A DNA stretch of 63,565 nucleotides, counting the filler, from Octopus bimaculoides (lineage: Eukaryota): assembly GCF_001194135.2 (NCBI RefSeq). It is 6 parts of 5 records of this genome, joined end to end, with 100 filler letters (N's around TTAATTAATTAA, not from the genome) between each part and the next. Parts side by side here need not be neighbours in the genome. Positions count along the whole stretch, not along the records: positions 1 to 25,624 come from NC_068986.1; 5 more parts are not named here. One strand, 5' to 3'. The position numbers were made by a program, and so were the translations under genes. How positions within the stretch are numbered: the stretch's first letter is position 1; each line of letters opens with the position of its first letter. Shown here piece by piece: positions 1 through 11,880 of this stretch. The notes under the pieces were generated by a model. It ran no database searches, had not been told where the DNA came from, and was given only the letters and a program-made list of their open reading frames with translations.

Positions 1-237
1 TATATATATATATATATGTATGTATAACATCAATATATAAATATATGTGCGTGTATGTATGTATTGTGTGTGTGAATATGTGTGTTTGTGTCTCTGTGTG
101 TGTGACTGTTAATCTGTGACTTTTTCTGTAATAGTATATTGATTGTCTGTGGAGCTCATGTGGGAGTGTACGAATGAGTTAAAGAAAATAACCTTGGATT
201 CTTATGAATATGCATTTGTGCACACCCTTACACACAC

Positions 238-354
238 TCACATACATACATACATACATACATACATGCATGCATGCATGCATGCATACATACATACATA
301 CATACATACATACATTCATACATACATACATACATACATACATACATACATACG
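238..354. repeat. (CATA)n microsatellite
   Basis: Tandem CATA with a short (CATG)n interruption. Confidence 0.95.
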
Positions 355-356
355 TA

Positions 357-579
357 CGAGGGTGTGCTGAAAAGTTCCTGGCATTGGGTAAAAGAAAATA
401 CAAGAGAATCAGTTAATTACGAATTTATTCAACATATTCCCCTCTCACATTCACAAACTTATTGCAGTGTTTCATATTAGTTTTTATATTTTAGTCTTGT
501 AAAAGAACTCAGAAGGTTGGGCCTCCAGCCAGGCCTTTCGCGACACCCTTACAGCCAGGAACTTTTTCAGCACTCCTCA
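357..579. mobile_element. Mariner-type MITE, about 223 bp
   Basis: TIRs cgagggtgtgctgaaaagttcctggc (357-382) and gccaggaactttttcagcactcctca (554-579), TA on both sides. Confidence 0.8.
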
Positions 580-923
580 TATATGAATACTACACGCATT
601 TTAATATGAGTAGTAGCCCAGGTGTCTGGAAGATATACCTGTGTTTGTCACACCTGTTTCCACTTCCACGTCAAATGTGTGTGGGGGAAAGAGTATCTGT
701 GCGCATGAGTGAGTGTGCCAATGCGTCGTTGTGTGTGTGTATAAAGCTAAGACGAAAGGGAGACAGTTTACATTTTTGTAAACGTGTCAAAATGATTATG
801 TGTTCAATTTATTGAGTTTAAATTCATGAAATATTAGTTTACTATGTTGGTTATGTTATTCCCGTTTCATTTTCTAATTTTCTTACATATTTTCTTATGT
901 CATATATATATATGTTTAAAAGA

Positions 924-1135
924 GCGGCGAGCTGGCAGAATCGTTAGCATGCCGGTCGAAATGATTAGCGGTACTTCGTCTGCCTTTACGTTCTTAGTTC
1001 AATTTCCGCCGAGGCCGACTTTACTTTTCATCCTTTCGGGGTCGATTAAATAAGTACCAGTTACGCACTGTAATCGACTTAATCCCTTTGTTTGTCCCCT
1101 CAATGTTTAACCCCTTGTAGGCAATAAAGAAATAA
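924..1135 (+). mobile_element. tRNA-derived SINE family A (head ggcggcgagctggcagaa), tail type 1
   Basis: A-box-like head, B-box-like agttcaatttcc, central ttcatcctttcggggtcgat..aagtaccagtt block, aataaagaaataa end; many copies in window. Confidence 0.85.
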
Positions 1136-1494
1136 ATATATATATATGTTTAAAGCGAGATATTTATACGCAAAGTGTAGTTTGAGCTTTTTTTTATTGT
1201 TGTGTAGTTCAATGTCCACCCAGCTCGACCTACGATTACAACATATTGTTGGTGTTTTCTTGTTTCTTTTTTTTATATGCTCGCGAGCGAGTTAAAGGCA
1301 TTTTGGTTACTATTTCTAGCGACAGCTTGAATAACCACATCGGCTTCAGCTANNNNNNNNNNNNNNNNNNNNNNNNNNNNNNNNNNNNNNNNNNNNNNNN
1401 NNNNNNNNNNNNNNNNNNNNNNNNNNNNNNNNNNNNNNNNNNNNNNNNNNNNNNNNNNNNNNTATATATATATATATATATGCGCGTGTGTTCT

Positions 1495-1705
1495 TTGTGT
1501 CTGTGTTTGTCTCGCACTGCCGCTTGAAAAGCAGGTGTCGGTATGTTTAAGTCTCCGTAACTTAGCTGTTCGGTTAAAAGACCGATGGAATAAGTACCAG
1601 TCTTTAAAGAATAATTACTGGAGTCGATTCTTTCGGCTAAAGTTTTTCAAGGCGGAAGTCTATCGTGGCTGCAGGCTAATGACTGAAACAAGTAAAAGAT
1701 AAAAG
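1495..1705 (+). mobile_element. SINE family B, 3' half
   Basis: ccgtaacttagc..ttcgg..aataagtac..atgactgaaacaagtaaaag tail shared with full copies at 40798 and 53153. Confidence 0.7.
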
Positions 1706-2134
1706 ATATTAGTCTGAATGTTTGTCTTCTATTTATACTATCCAGAGGTTACGAGAAGTTTAAACGATGTACGTGGAGCAATATCTATTGAGATGACGAG
1801 AGCTGGGAGAGAGACGGATGCATCTGGTTGCTGCTATTTTGTTGCTGACGTGCTTATTTTTACTATCGTTGTTGTTAATGCTTATCCCCAGATCAACGCA
1901 GACCAAATCAACCTATTCTCCAAAGAATTCCGTCCATGAACAGCATGCCTGTCTAGGAGCATGTCTAGGACACTGCTATCCAATGTGTCCCACCCTTATT
2001 TAAGATAGTAAACTGCAGTTTGATAGAAATTTTGCTGCTGTTTGTAAAATCTTAAACAACTAGAGTTTATGGATCTAGATTCAGAATGCATGCATTTCAT
2101 CTACTTTAGAGGAGCAAAAATCTCTAAAATAACA

Positions 2135-2521
2135 TTGTTGTTGTTGTTGGCACTCCGTCGCTTACGACGACGAAGGTTCCAGCTGATCCGATCAACGGAA
2201 CAGTGTGCTCGTGAAATTAACGGGCAAGTGGCTGAGCACTCCACAGACACGTGTACCCTTAACGTAGTTCTCGGGGATATTCAGCGTGACATCGTGTGAC
2301 AAGGCTGACCCTTTCAATTACAGGCACAACAGAAACAGGAAGAGTGAGAGAAAGTTATGGTGGAAGAGTACAGCAGGGTTCGTCACCATCCCCTGCCGGA
2401 GCCTCATAGAGCTTTTAGGTATTCATGCTCAATAAACACTCACAACGCCCGGTCTGGGAATCGAAACCACGATCCTATGACCGCGAGTTCGCTGCCCTAA
2501 CCACTGGGCCATTGCGTCTCC
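2135..2521 (-). mobile_element. tRNA-Arg-like SINE family C, full length with (CAA)n tail
   Basis: Minus strand head ggagacgcaatggcccagtggttagggcagcgaactcgcggtc..tttcgattcc; first ~190 bp match 29501-29693. Confidence 0.85.
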
Positions 2522-2799
2522 ACTACAATAACATTAACAGAAGACAAAAGTGGGAGAAAACGGCGTGACTGTGAACTAGTGTTTTGTGTGAATTGACTGA
2601 TCTTCTGTCAATCAGCCAAATGAACTTCTTTCGGGTGCAGTTTAGGACATACACGCGCGTGTGTAGTAAAAGCACTGAGCCATGAATATCAGCAGTATTA
2701 TAATTACTCGAGTTTAGGGAAGTATAAGTAGTAACCTGTGTTGTCATATTTTCGTACTCTAAAGGAAATAAAATAAAACACTTAACCTTTGTGATTCTA

Positions 2800-3380
2800 T
2801 TTTAGCAATGCTGTGTACGCGATGCCGTCTTGAGAGATCATTAGAGACTGTGAGGTCTAGAATTTTTAGTGATTTGAGCGTTTTAGATGTGTATTGTACC
2901 ATGTAGAGAGACTGTTAATACGCGTTGCAATACATCTTTATGTTGTGAAATGAGATTAAGTGAACATCATCTCACTGATTCTGTTTAATAAGGGTAGATC
3001 AGATGTGGAATGAGATATTTAGGTTACATATGGAAGTAATTTGTGTGAAGAATGTTAGTGAAGAATAGCATCTGCAAATGACAGTGTTGTTAACAGTGAC
3101 AGCAAATAAGTCGCTAACGATTGCTAGAAGAGTATGAAGGTCATGAAGTATATAGTAGAGTCCACCCTCACATACTACGATGGGATGGTCTGAGAAGAAG
3201 TTTTTATTTTAAGAAGTGGGGCACAAATGGAGACCATATGTCTGCAGCTTATTTAGATGCAGTTAAATATCAGATACAATCAAATGCTTTACGGAGTTCA
3301 AGTGCAAGAAATCTTTCGTCGGTTTTCTCTCTGATAGTTTGTCGATATATAATCATTTTGAGAGAATACCACAGCGCATG
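2800..3380 (-). mobile_element. Decayed CR1/L2-clade LINE reverse transcriptase fragment
   Basis: Minus translation remnants LALELRKAFD..LNKLQTYGL and SLKILDLTVSNDLSRRHRVHSIAK resemble CR1 RT motifs; many stops. Confidence 0.55.
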
Positions 3381-4911
3381 AAGTGAATGCAAATTAGCAC
3401 AGAATGAATGTATAAGGGACATGTCATTTATAGGTCACAAGATGTAACGAATAATTCTTGAAAAATCAATTAAGTAATCAATTAGTTGTTTGATGATAGA
3501 ACAGGTGAATTACATGTTTCCATGGCAGGTCACCCTTCCACAGTACAATGATATTCGCTTCAACACAATTTCACGTTAAGGTGAAGTTTAATGAATATAA
3601 AAGCTTGCTAAATAATACTAATTAGATTCACTAAAAAACTACTTTCCTTAACATGCATAATCCTAACTATAAGATGGTTATATCGACAAACGGTATTTCA
3701 CATACTACACCCATTTATACATGTATGCGTTTATGCATAAATATGTGTATGTGGTAGTGTGTTGGTTATGTGTGTGCGTATGTGTGTATCAGCAATATTT
3801 ACTGAGAGTAAATATCTTAGGTTACATATATAATATGGTGAATTGAAGAACTTGAGGCATCTGAAATTATCCAAGTAATTAACAAAGAAAACTCTCACAA
3901 GGACGGAGGAGCTAAATGCTAAAAACAGCGTGATAAATCCAATAAAATCAATTGATTCAAATTTTTAGACAATGTAGACAATCTGGAACAGGGGGTGGGA
4001 TCTGGTCTTTAAAGCCAACTGGTGAAATCAACGAAGGTGTTCCGCTTTTATTAGATCTCGTCAGTAGACCATATTCGCCAGAGATACGATAATGTCGTGT
4101 CACATAACCAAACCTCTACATTATTTTCAGTTTGATAACTGACTGAACAATTTTGTAGTTTGCTATTCTGACTTTTATTTTGAAGAGACGCTCCGTGTAT
4201 AGAATGCAAAGCATTGTTCCTATACCATTTTAGTTTTCACAGACCATGATCGTTTCCTCAATCTCATATTTCGTACAGAAAAGCGAGAGATAAATAACAA
4301 CTAATCTTTTAGTTTTCGACACTGTATTTAATTTTGCTAAAGCTATTCATGCTACAGCAATCAGGTTTTTATTTTCCTCTACGATCTCAATATCTCGTAT
4401 TGTTCTCAAATATTTGAATTCATCAGCTTGAATGGGTATCTTTCCTGCTATTTCAAATGAATATGTATATGCATATATATATATATATATANNNNNNNNN
4501 NNNNNNNNNNNNNNNNNNNNNNNNNNNNNNNNNNNNNNNNNNNNNNNNNNNNNNNNNNNNNNNNNNNNNNNNNNNNNNNNNNNNNNNNNNNNNNNNNNNN
4601 NNNNNNNNNNNNNNNNNNNNNNNNNNNNNNNNNNNNNNNNNNNNNNNNNNNNNNNNNNNNNNNNNNNNNNNNNNNNNNNNNNNNNNNNNNNNNNNNNNNN
4701 NNNNNNNNNNNNNNNNNNNNNNNNNNNNNNNNNNNNNNNNNNNNNNNNNNNNNNNNNNNNNNNNNNNNNNNNNNNNNNNNNNNNNNNNNNNNNNNNNNNN
4801 NNNNNNNNNNNNNNNNNNNNNNNNNNNNNNNNNNNNNNNNNNNNNNNNNNNNNNNNNNNNNNNNNNNNNNNNNNNNNNNNNNNNNNNNNNNNNNNNNNNN
4901 NNNNNNNNNNN

Positions 4912-5230
4912 TGTAGACAAGGGATAGAAGGGGTTGGTTTGGGAAGGAGAAGGCGCTGCTTTCTCTCCCGTCTCTTGAGTTCAGCTCTTGCGATTCGGGC
5001 TTTCTTGAAGTCCGCTGAACCCGTTTTGATGGTGTGTCTCTAAAGGGGTCTGTTTGCCGAGATATCCTCCCAGTGTGCGGCTCGATATTAGTGCTTTACA
5101 ACGTTGATTTGAGTTGGTCCTTGTACCGCCTCAAGGGGGCTCCACGAGGACGTTTTCCTTCAGACAGTTCACCGTAGAGACAGATCTTGGGAAGGCGGTG
5201 TTCATTCATCCGACGAACGTGACCTGACCA
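4912..5230 (-). mobile_element. RTE (BovB-like) LINE, C-terminal ORF fragment
   Basis: SGHVRRMNEHRLPKICLYGELSEGKRPRGAPLRRYKDQLK..NRPLWRHTIKTG, typical RTE C-terminus. Confidence 0.85.
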
Positions 5231-5263
5231 TATATATACATATATGTGTGAGTATTTAGAGTG

Positions 5264-5296
<33 letters not shown>

Positions 5297-5394
5297 TCAC
5301 ACTCACACACACATATATATACAGATAGATGTATATACACACACAAAAATATAAATATTAATATATATGTCGGGGTATGTATATAAGTGTGTGT

Positions 5395-5610
5395 GTCTTC
5401 TTGTGTTTGTAATCCCACCCCATTTGATATTTCGTGTTGGGTTGTTTACAACTCCGTAAATAAGTGATTCGGCAAAAGAGAAAGATAAACTAGAATAATT
5501 ACTAGAATATTAAAAAGTATAAGTACTGAGGTTGATTTGGTCGACTAATCCCTTCGAAGCGAAGACCCAGCATGGATGTACTCCCATGACAGGCACAATT
5601 AAAAGAAGAG
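5395..5610 (+). mobile_element. SINE family B, 3' half
   Basis: ccgtaaataagtgattcggcaaaagag..aagtactgaggttgatttggtcgact..cagcatgg tail. Confidence 0.6.
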
Positions 5611-5836
5611 ATGAGTGCGCGTGTGTATATGCATATGTGTGTACATTTCTATATTTTTGTATGGATATGCATACGAGCATATATGCGTAAGTTTTTGTGT
5701 ACGTACATACAGAATATCGAATTTATGTGGAAGAATTATCTTTTACAATGCAAGATTGTTACCAATAAATAATAGTTATTCACGTATTATTCATTCTTTT
5801 ATTACAATTTTTCTTTTTTTTTTTTGCGTCTTGTAG

Positions 5837-5940
5837 CTTTGGGGCGAAAGGGTCCTCGGAATCATGGCTTGGATAATGCCAATGTTTGTTGTTATGTCAT
5901 GTTTCGGAGCGGCCAATGGTGTCTTATTCTCAACCGGAAG
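5837..5940 (+). CDS. SLC7A9: Internal coding exon of an SLC7 heteromeric amino-acid transporter light chain (b0,+AT/SLC7A9-like)
   Basis: Polypyrimidine tract + tgtag acceptor, gtaagt donor, 104 bp, phase 0 to 2; reads LWGERVLGIMAWIMPMFVVMSCFGAANGVLFSTG(R), matching the SLC7 W..P.FV..S.FGAANG..F..GR segment. Family secure, exact paralogue not. Confidence 0.85.
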
Positions 5941-5994
5941 GTAAGTCAATCTTTCACGTTTTATCATTATATTTTATTATCTCTAAGTCGTTAA

Positions 5995-6165
5995 AGTAGC
6001 GAACTGGCAAAATCGTTAGCATATCGTATAAAATACTTAGCGGTATTTCGTCCGTCTTTTAAGTTCTAAGTTCATATTTTGTCGAAGTCGACTTTGCTTT
6101 TCATCCTGTCAGAGTCGATAAAAAAAGTACCGCAAAATTGCTGGTCTTGTACCAAAATTTGGAAT
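5995..6165 (+). mobile_element. SINE family A, diverged, tail type 3
   Basis: gcgaactggcaaaatcgttagc..ttcatcc..gtcgataaaaaaagtacc..ctggtcttgtaccaaaatttgg. Confidence 0.7.
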
Positions 6166-6639
6166 CATTTTTCTAAGTAGTTGCTGCTGTTATTTAACCC
6201 TCGTCCTGTATGATTTCATAGATCTATTGTGAAATGCTTTTCAGCCATCACTATCTTCTTTCTTAAGGGATATTACCTACCACAAAAAACATCAAGGTGT
6301 CATTTGAGAGAGATTTAGTTTTTATATCTACTAGGACGAGCAGTTACGAAAAGGCTTCTTCATTGGCTCTATACCTTTTCTAGTTTAGTCAGAGGGGGTG
6401 AAGCAGTGGCCGTTACCCCTCAAGACCTTTTCAAACTGGTGAGATTGATATGGTGGAATTCATGGACAACATATGCAGTTACGTAAAGTATTTACAGGGA
6501 ATATGTGGTAGAAGTGCTGTTATTCCAGAGGGTTACAATTCTAATTCAAATACTTGGAGCCGAGTGAACCCTGTTAAAGGCCGCCATGGATATTGGGTAG
6601 CGAGAAAGAACTGTCTGGTCGCCAGACATCTCGTTTTAA

Positions 6640-7330
6640 CAGAAAGAATTACCAGAATTACATAAAAACATCTTGAAATACTAAAGAGTAAGTTTATTGA
6701 ATAAAATTGCCATTGGCTTCAACCACAGCCTCCAGACGACTTCGGAATGTCCTCCAACTCTTCTGGACAGTCTCCTTTGTTTAAGTTGGTGAATGTTGTC
6801 ATAATCCTTGCCTTCAGTTCATCATTGGTGTTAAAAGGAGTTTTGTTGGTCTCTCGCTCAACTGTACCCCACACACTAATCAAGGGGGTTTCAAGCTAGG
6901 GAGTTGGATGGTCAGATGCTAGGTCGCAGAAACTGTCTGAAAGCCATGACTGGGTTCTCCTGCTTGTGTAGCAGAGTCCGGTTGCCAGACATAGGATCTT
7001 CCAGCAGTCACCCTCTTGTCCCAGGGCAGCACTACCTCCTCCAGGCACTTGAGTCTGAGGTGGTGTGGGAAGATGAATGGAGGCATAACGTCACCATCAC
7101 TAACGACCACTTTAAACATTACGACGTTGACTGGATGTTTGATTTTTATCTCCTTCGCTACATGTCCACCGATTGCACTCTCCTCAGATTGACACCTAAA
7201 CACTCTCAAATGTTCGTGTTGGAGTTCCCGGCGCGAATGTCAAGCAATACAGCATGTCGTTTCCAAATTTATGACAGAGTGAACTGCGTCATGGTGCTGT
7301 TTTTGTCACAGACAATGCCCAACTGACCCT
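6640..7330 (-). mobile_element. DD37D/maT-type Tc1/mariner transposase pseudogene, internally deleted
   Basis: KIKHPVNVVMFKVVVSDGDVMPPFIFP..YVWQPDSA..NPLD..VERETNK..FRSRLEAVVEANGNFIQ*. Confidence 0.85.
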
Positions 7331-7967
7331 ACAAAATAAAAAATAAAAAAATGCACATGCGTGATATGTACACTCACACACCTGAACACACTTTTAGTTT
7401 ATTATTGCGTGAGATGAACACTGATTATACTTCGGGCCATGGATAGTATCGTTCGAACAGCCCTTTTGTTTCCAACAGGCTGATGTGTATAGCTGATAGA
7501 AGGGCCGTAGTCTTGGTTTGTAATCTTAGTTTATCTTACACATAAATAAACTTATATCAAGCTAAGAATATTGAGTATGTAAAGGCTTACACATTTACGC
7601 GCGCCCGTTTGTGTATGTACTTATGCATACACACAGATATAAATATATGCATATATGTGCGTGTGTCTGTATTTGTTTCGCTCTCAGTTTCTATCGATCT
7701 GTCTGCATGAATGTCCTTCCATCTGTTCTACCTATTGATGTCTGTATAAGTGTGTCACTTTCTCAACATTTCCACGAACACACATGTTCTTAGGTTACTG
7801 TTTTATGATATCTAATTTCGTAAGAAATCATTCTTAACAGACTGTAAGTTAGCTATACGCATCTGTTTATCGATCGCACCAGCCCGCACAGTTGCATACA
7901 TTATAATATCTGCCTCCCTTTCTTATTATACATACATGTGTATGTTTATTAATATATATGTAGTATG

Positions 7968-8008
<41 letters not shown>

Positions 8009-8052
8009 ATACACACGTGCACGCGCATATATATATGTATGTGTGTGTATCC

Positions 8053-8098
<46 letters not shown>

Positions 8099-8549
8099 NN
8101 NNNNNNNNNNNNNNNNNNNNNNNNNNNNNNNNNNNNNNNNNNNNNNNNNNNNNNNNNNNNNNNNNNNNNNNNNNNNNNNNNNNNNNNNNNNNNNNNNNNN
8201 NNNNNNNNNNNNNNNNNNNNNNNNNNNNNNNNNNNNNNNNNNNNNNNNNNNNNNNNNNNNNNNNNNNNNNNNNNNNNNNNNNNNNNNNNNNNNNNNNNNN
8301 NNNNNNNNNNNNNNNNNNNNNNNNNNNNNNNNNNNNNNNNNNNNNNNNNNNNNNNNNNNNNNNNNNNNNNNNNNNNNNNNNNNNNNNNNNNNNNNNNNNN
8401 NNNNNNNNNNNNNNNNNNNNNNNNNNNNNNNNNNNNNNNNNNNNNNNNNNNNNNNNNNNNNNNNNNNNNNNNNNNNNNNNNNNNNNNNNNNNNNNNNNNN
8501 NNNNNNNNNNNNNNNNNNNNNNNNNNNNNNNNNNNNNNNNNNNNNNNNN

Positions 8550-8990
8550 CTGGGCACGGGTTTGTGTGCGTGATACACAAACAATGGCTTTAACTTAAAA
8601 TTTCCTGCACAACTACCTCCCAACATAATGGTCGCACGTTCTTTCGAGACCTTCTAGTCTGGAATAGTTTTCTCCTTCTTGGAAATGAATAAACGGTCTA
8701 GCAATTTTTTTTCAATACAATCCAGTTTCGTCTACGTTAAAAATCTGTTCGGGAAGAAACCCGTTTTCTTCGATGATTTTCTTTAATGCATTAGGAAATT
8801 CCACTGCTGCTTGTTCGTCAGCTGATGCACTTTCACCTTACTTCTTAATGGAATGATAACTTCTTCGCTCTTTAAATCTCATGAACCATCTTTGACTTAC
8901 CTTGAACTCTACATATTTCTTATCTGGTTATTTTTTCTTCAGGTCCTCAAACAAAGACAACGTTTTCTCTTGACTGATTTCTTGACTCAT
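8550..8990 (-). mobile_element. Tigger/pogo transposase fragment (DDE_1 region)
   Basis: WFMRFKER..ESASADEQAAVEFPNALKKIIEENGFLPEQIFNVDETGLY..IMLGGSCAGNFKLKPLFVYH. Confidence 0.85.
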
Positions 8991-9160
8991 TGTTTTAATA
9001 TGCTTTTATATGCTTACATTCTTACTTATTATACAGTAACGTGATTTTATGTGCTTTTAATGGTTTTCTAGTAATTTTACAATTCCAATATTTGTGGTGG
9101 ACAGATGCAAAGTCAAGTAAAATGACTTAACTTGATTTTTATTTTTCCATATATTATTTT

Positions 9161-10287
9161 TGAAAACCGACGTATAATCGAGAAGAACTTAAATCGAAAC
9201 GACTGAAGCCGAGCTATTCCTGTATATATGTGTGTGTGTGTGTGTGTGCGCGCGCGTATTCTGGCATCTTGAATAATCGTCTCCCCCCGCTTATTAATTT
9301 TTAAAGCCCCCCCCCACTTTTACTCCAACCTTCCCCCTCATTAAATTTTGCTAATCTATCTCCTGTGAAATTTTATTCTAAGCTATGTATATTGATTCGA
9401 CAGCNNNNNNNNNNNNNNNNNNNNNNNNNNNNNNNNNNNNNNNNNNNNNNNNNNNNNNNNNNNNNNNNNNNNNNNNNNNNNNNNNNNNNNNNNNNNNNNN
9501 NNNNNNNNNNNNNNNNNNNNNNNNNNNNNNNNNNNNNNNNNNNNNNNNNNNNNNNNNNNNNNNNNNNNNNNNNNNNNNNNNNNNNNNNNNNNNNNNNNGG
9601 TATTTTTGTATGTATGTATATATGTGTGTATGACGAAAAAGAATATTACAAGTAATACCATATGTTATAAAATAAATAGGATATATAAACTAAATAACTT
9701 ATTCTGGTTTTTAAAGAAAAATCAAGGGTGACAGCTTAGAAAATTTTAAGTAATTATCTCTCATTTAGGCACAAGGCCAACAACTTGTGGAGAAGGACAA
9801 GTGGATTAAAGTGGCCCGGTACATCACTGTTTCTTTATTTTATCGACCCCGTATGGATGAAAGGTAAAGCTAACCTCAGCGGGATTGAACTCAGAACGTA
9901 ATAGGCCATAACTCCATGCTGCAAGGTACGTTGCCCGATGCTTAAGTACAAGGCCAGCAATTTAAAGGGAAGGGGAAAGGCGATTAAACTAACTCCTGTT
10001 ACTAGTACAAAGTAACTAACTCTGGGGAATTCATTATTATTTTGACTGACATAAATTGTGAATCAGCATGACAGAAAAGAAAATATCACAGATGACAAGA
10101 ATGAGAAGAAAACTTAAAGTGTTCTATTTGTTTTCATAACGCATGGAAGAAAAATATTTATCCACAGTAGATGTAGCCAACGTTCATGCGTGTGAGCCTT
10201 CAATATGTTAGGGCATTTTGAAAACCGACGTATAATCGAGAAGAACTTAAATCGAAACGACTGAAGCCGAGCTATTCCTGTATATAT

Positions 10288-10319
<32 letters not shown>

Positions 10320-10502
10320 ATTCTGGCATCTTGAATAATCGTCTCCCCCCGCTTATTAATTTTTAAAGCCCCCCACCACTTTTACTCCAACCTTCCCCCT
10401 CATTAAATTTTGCTAATCTATCTCCTGTGAAATTTTATTCTAAGCTATGTATATTGATTCGACAGCAGGAGACAGTGTGAGCCTTCAATATGTTAGGGCA
10501 TT
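9161..10502. repeat. Local duplication: 9161-9404 repeated at 10219-10466, with a 28-bp direct repeat at 10190-10217 and 10475-10502
   Basis: Near-identical ~245-bp copies differing in (GT)n length and one base of the C run; gtgtgagccttcaatatgttagggcatt occurs twice exactly. Confidence 0.9.
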
Positions 10503-10855
10503 GATAACCTTCAACCCTAAGATCAATCATTTCGAGACACAACACACCTGCTTCGTGACACATAGAAAACAAGGAAATTGCTGCCGGAAGATATGCTTTA
10601 AAACGAGCCAGAGTTTATAAAAACTTGAGGCTGGACAACTGCCCCAGTCTGTAACATACGTGTGAGTTTATTGCTCCTCCACACTGTAGTCATTTTCATT
10701 TTCAATTTCTCTACCCTTTCTCTACCCTTTCTCTGCCAATAACCGACACAAATTCCACGCCAACTAAGAACTTCAATGACAAACAGTTTATCCTTACAGG
10801 ACAAGCTTTTTACGATATAAGGATTTAACATCAACACGACTCAAGTACTTTCTCT

Positions 10856-11880
10856 TTGAACCTTTTCCATAACATCATGGCAGAGAAAAGAGTATTTCGT
10901 AGTGCGACGTATGAAAATTATTCTATAGAAGAAAAGCAAGCACTTGCTATCGTGGTGAACAAATGCAAAGAGGAGTATGATTCTGAATTAGAGCGAATGA
11001 AAAGGAAAACTCATTGGGATGCTAAAAGGAAACGCCATGTCTCAGACATCCCGAAACAGGGATATCTAGCCAGAACAGTTTGTTTGTTTTACTCGAATGT
11101 GGCCGGTGTCAAAAACTCTGAACGACTATTTGATTCCGCTGTTAAAGTAGCCAAACGCTGCTGTGAAAAATATCTGAAACGAACTTGACAGCGCTGACAA
11201 AAAATCCAAAGAAACGTTTCAGAGTCGCTGGAGGAGGTTGTAAAACAAAAGCACTAAGCGTGAGAGACGCCTTGTTTGAAGGGTTTGTAGATGTTAGAAC
11301 ATCGATGCATATGAGATTACCACAAGCTCCTTTCCTATCACAGGCTGAGAAATTTTATGAGGAGTGGAATTGCCGACACCCAGATACACCAACTGAGGAA
11401 AAGCTTTGTTTTTCAAAAAGCTGGATGAAAGGTTGGCAAAAAGAGTATGAGGTATCACTGAAATTTCTAAACAAACGCATTTCAATCTTCAAAGAGCAAT
11501 GTGATGAGCACATTCAGTATTATTTGAATAACATATGGAGTGTGCATCGTTATTTCCTTGAAAAATTTGGTGACATCATTGACGAGAAAATGGCTGAAAG
11601 TGAGTCGGAAGATGAAAGCAAGCAATTTGGGAATATTTTGGAGGTGATTGACCCATCTGGAGAAATCACCATGGAGGTTTCGCAGGAGCTAAAGCACGGT
11701 CTGCCAAACATGATGATGGGAAGCTCTAACTCTCTTGTAGGAATCAACAGTGATGATCAGGTTAATAAAGGTACCCTGTTTATTGAAATAATACAGAAGG
11801 TGTTGGATGAAAACGAAACCTCTAAACTTTTCTTGCCATATCGAAGCAAACTCATGTCAGTGAAGCTCGGCTCTCCGTAA
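10856..11880 (+). pseudogene. pogo-superfamily transposase remnant with CENP-B/Tc5-type HTH, frameshift near 11185, no recognisable DDE domain
   Basis: KRFRVAGGGCK..VRDALFEGFVDVR..LCFSKSWMKGWQKEYEVSL fits the CENP-B-type HTH; followed directly by an acidic tail. Confidence 0.65.

Noticed and set aside
143-480. Long ORFs rich in H/T/Y/I or C/V/M here and throughout, including N-spanning ORFs
   Set aside because: Translations of microsatellites and gaps.
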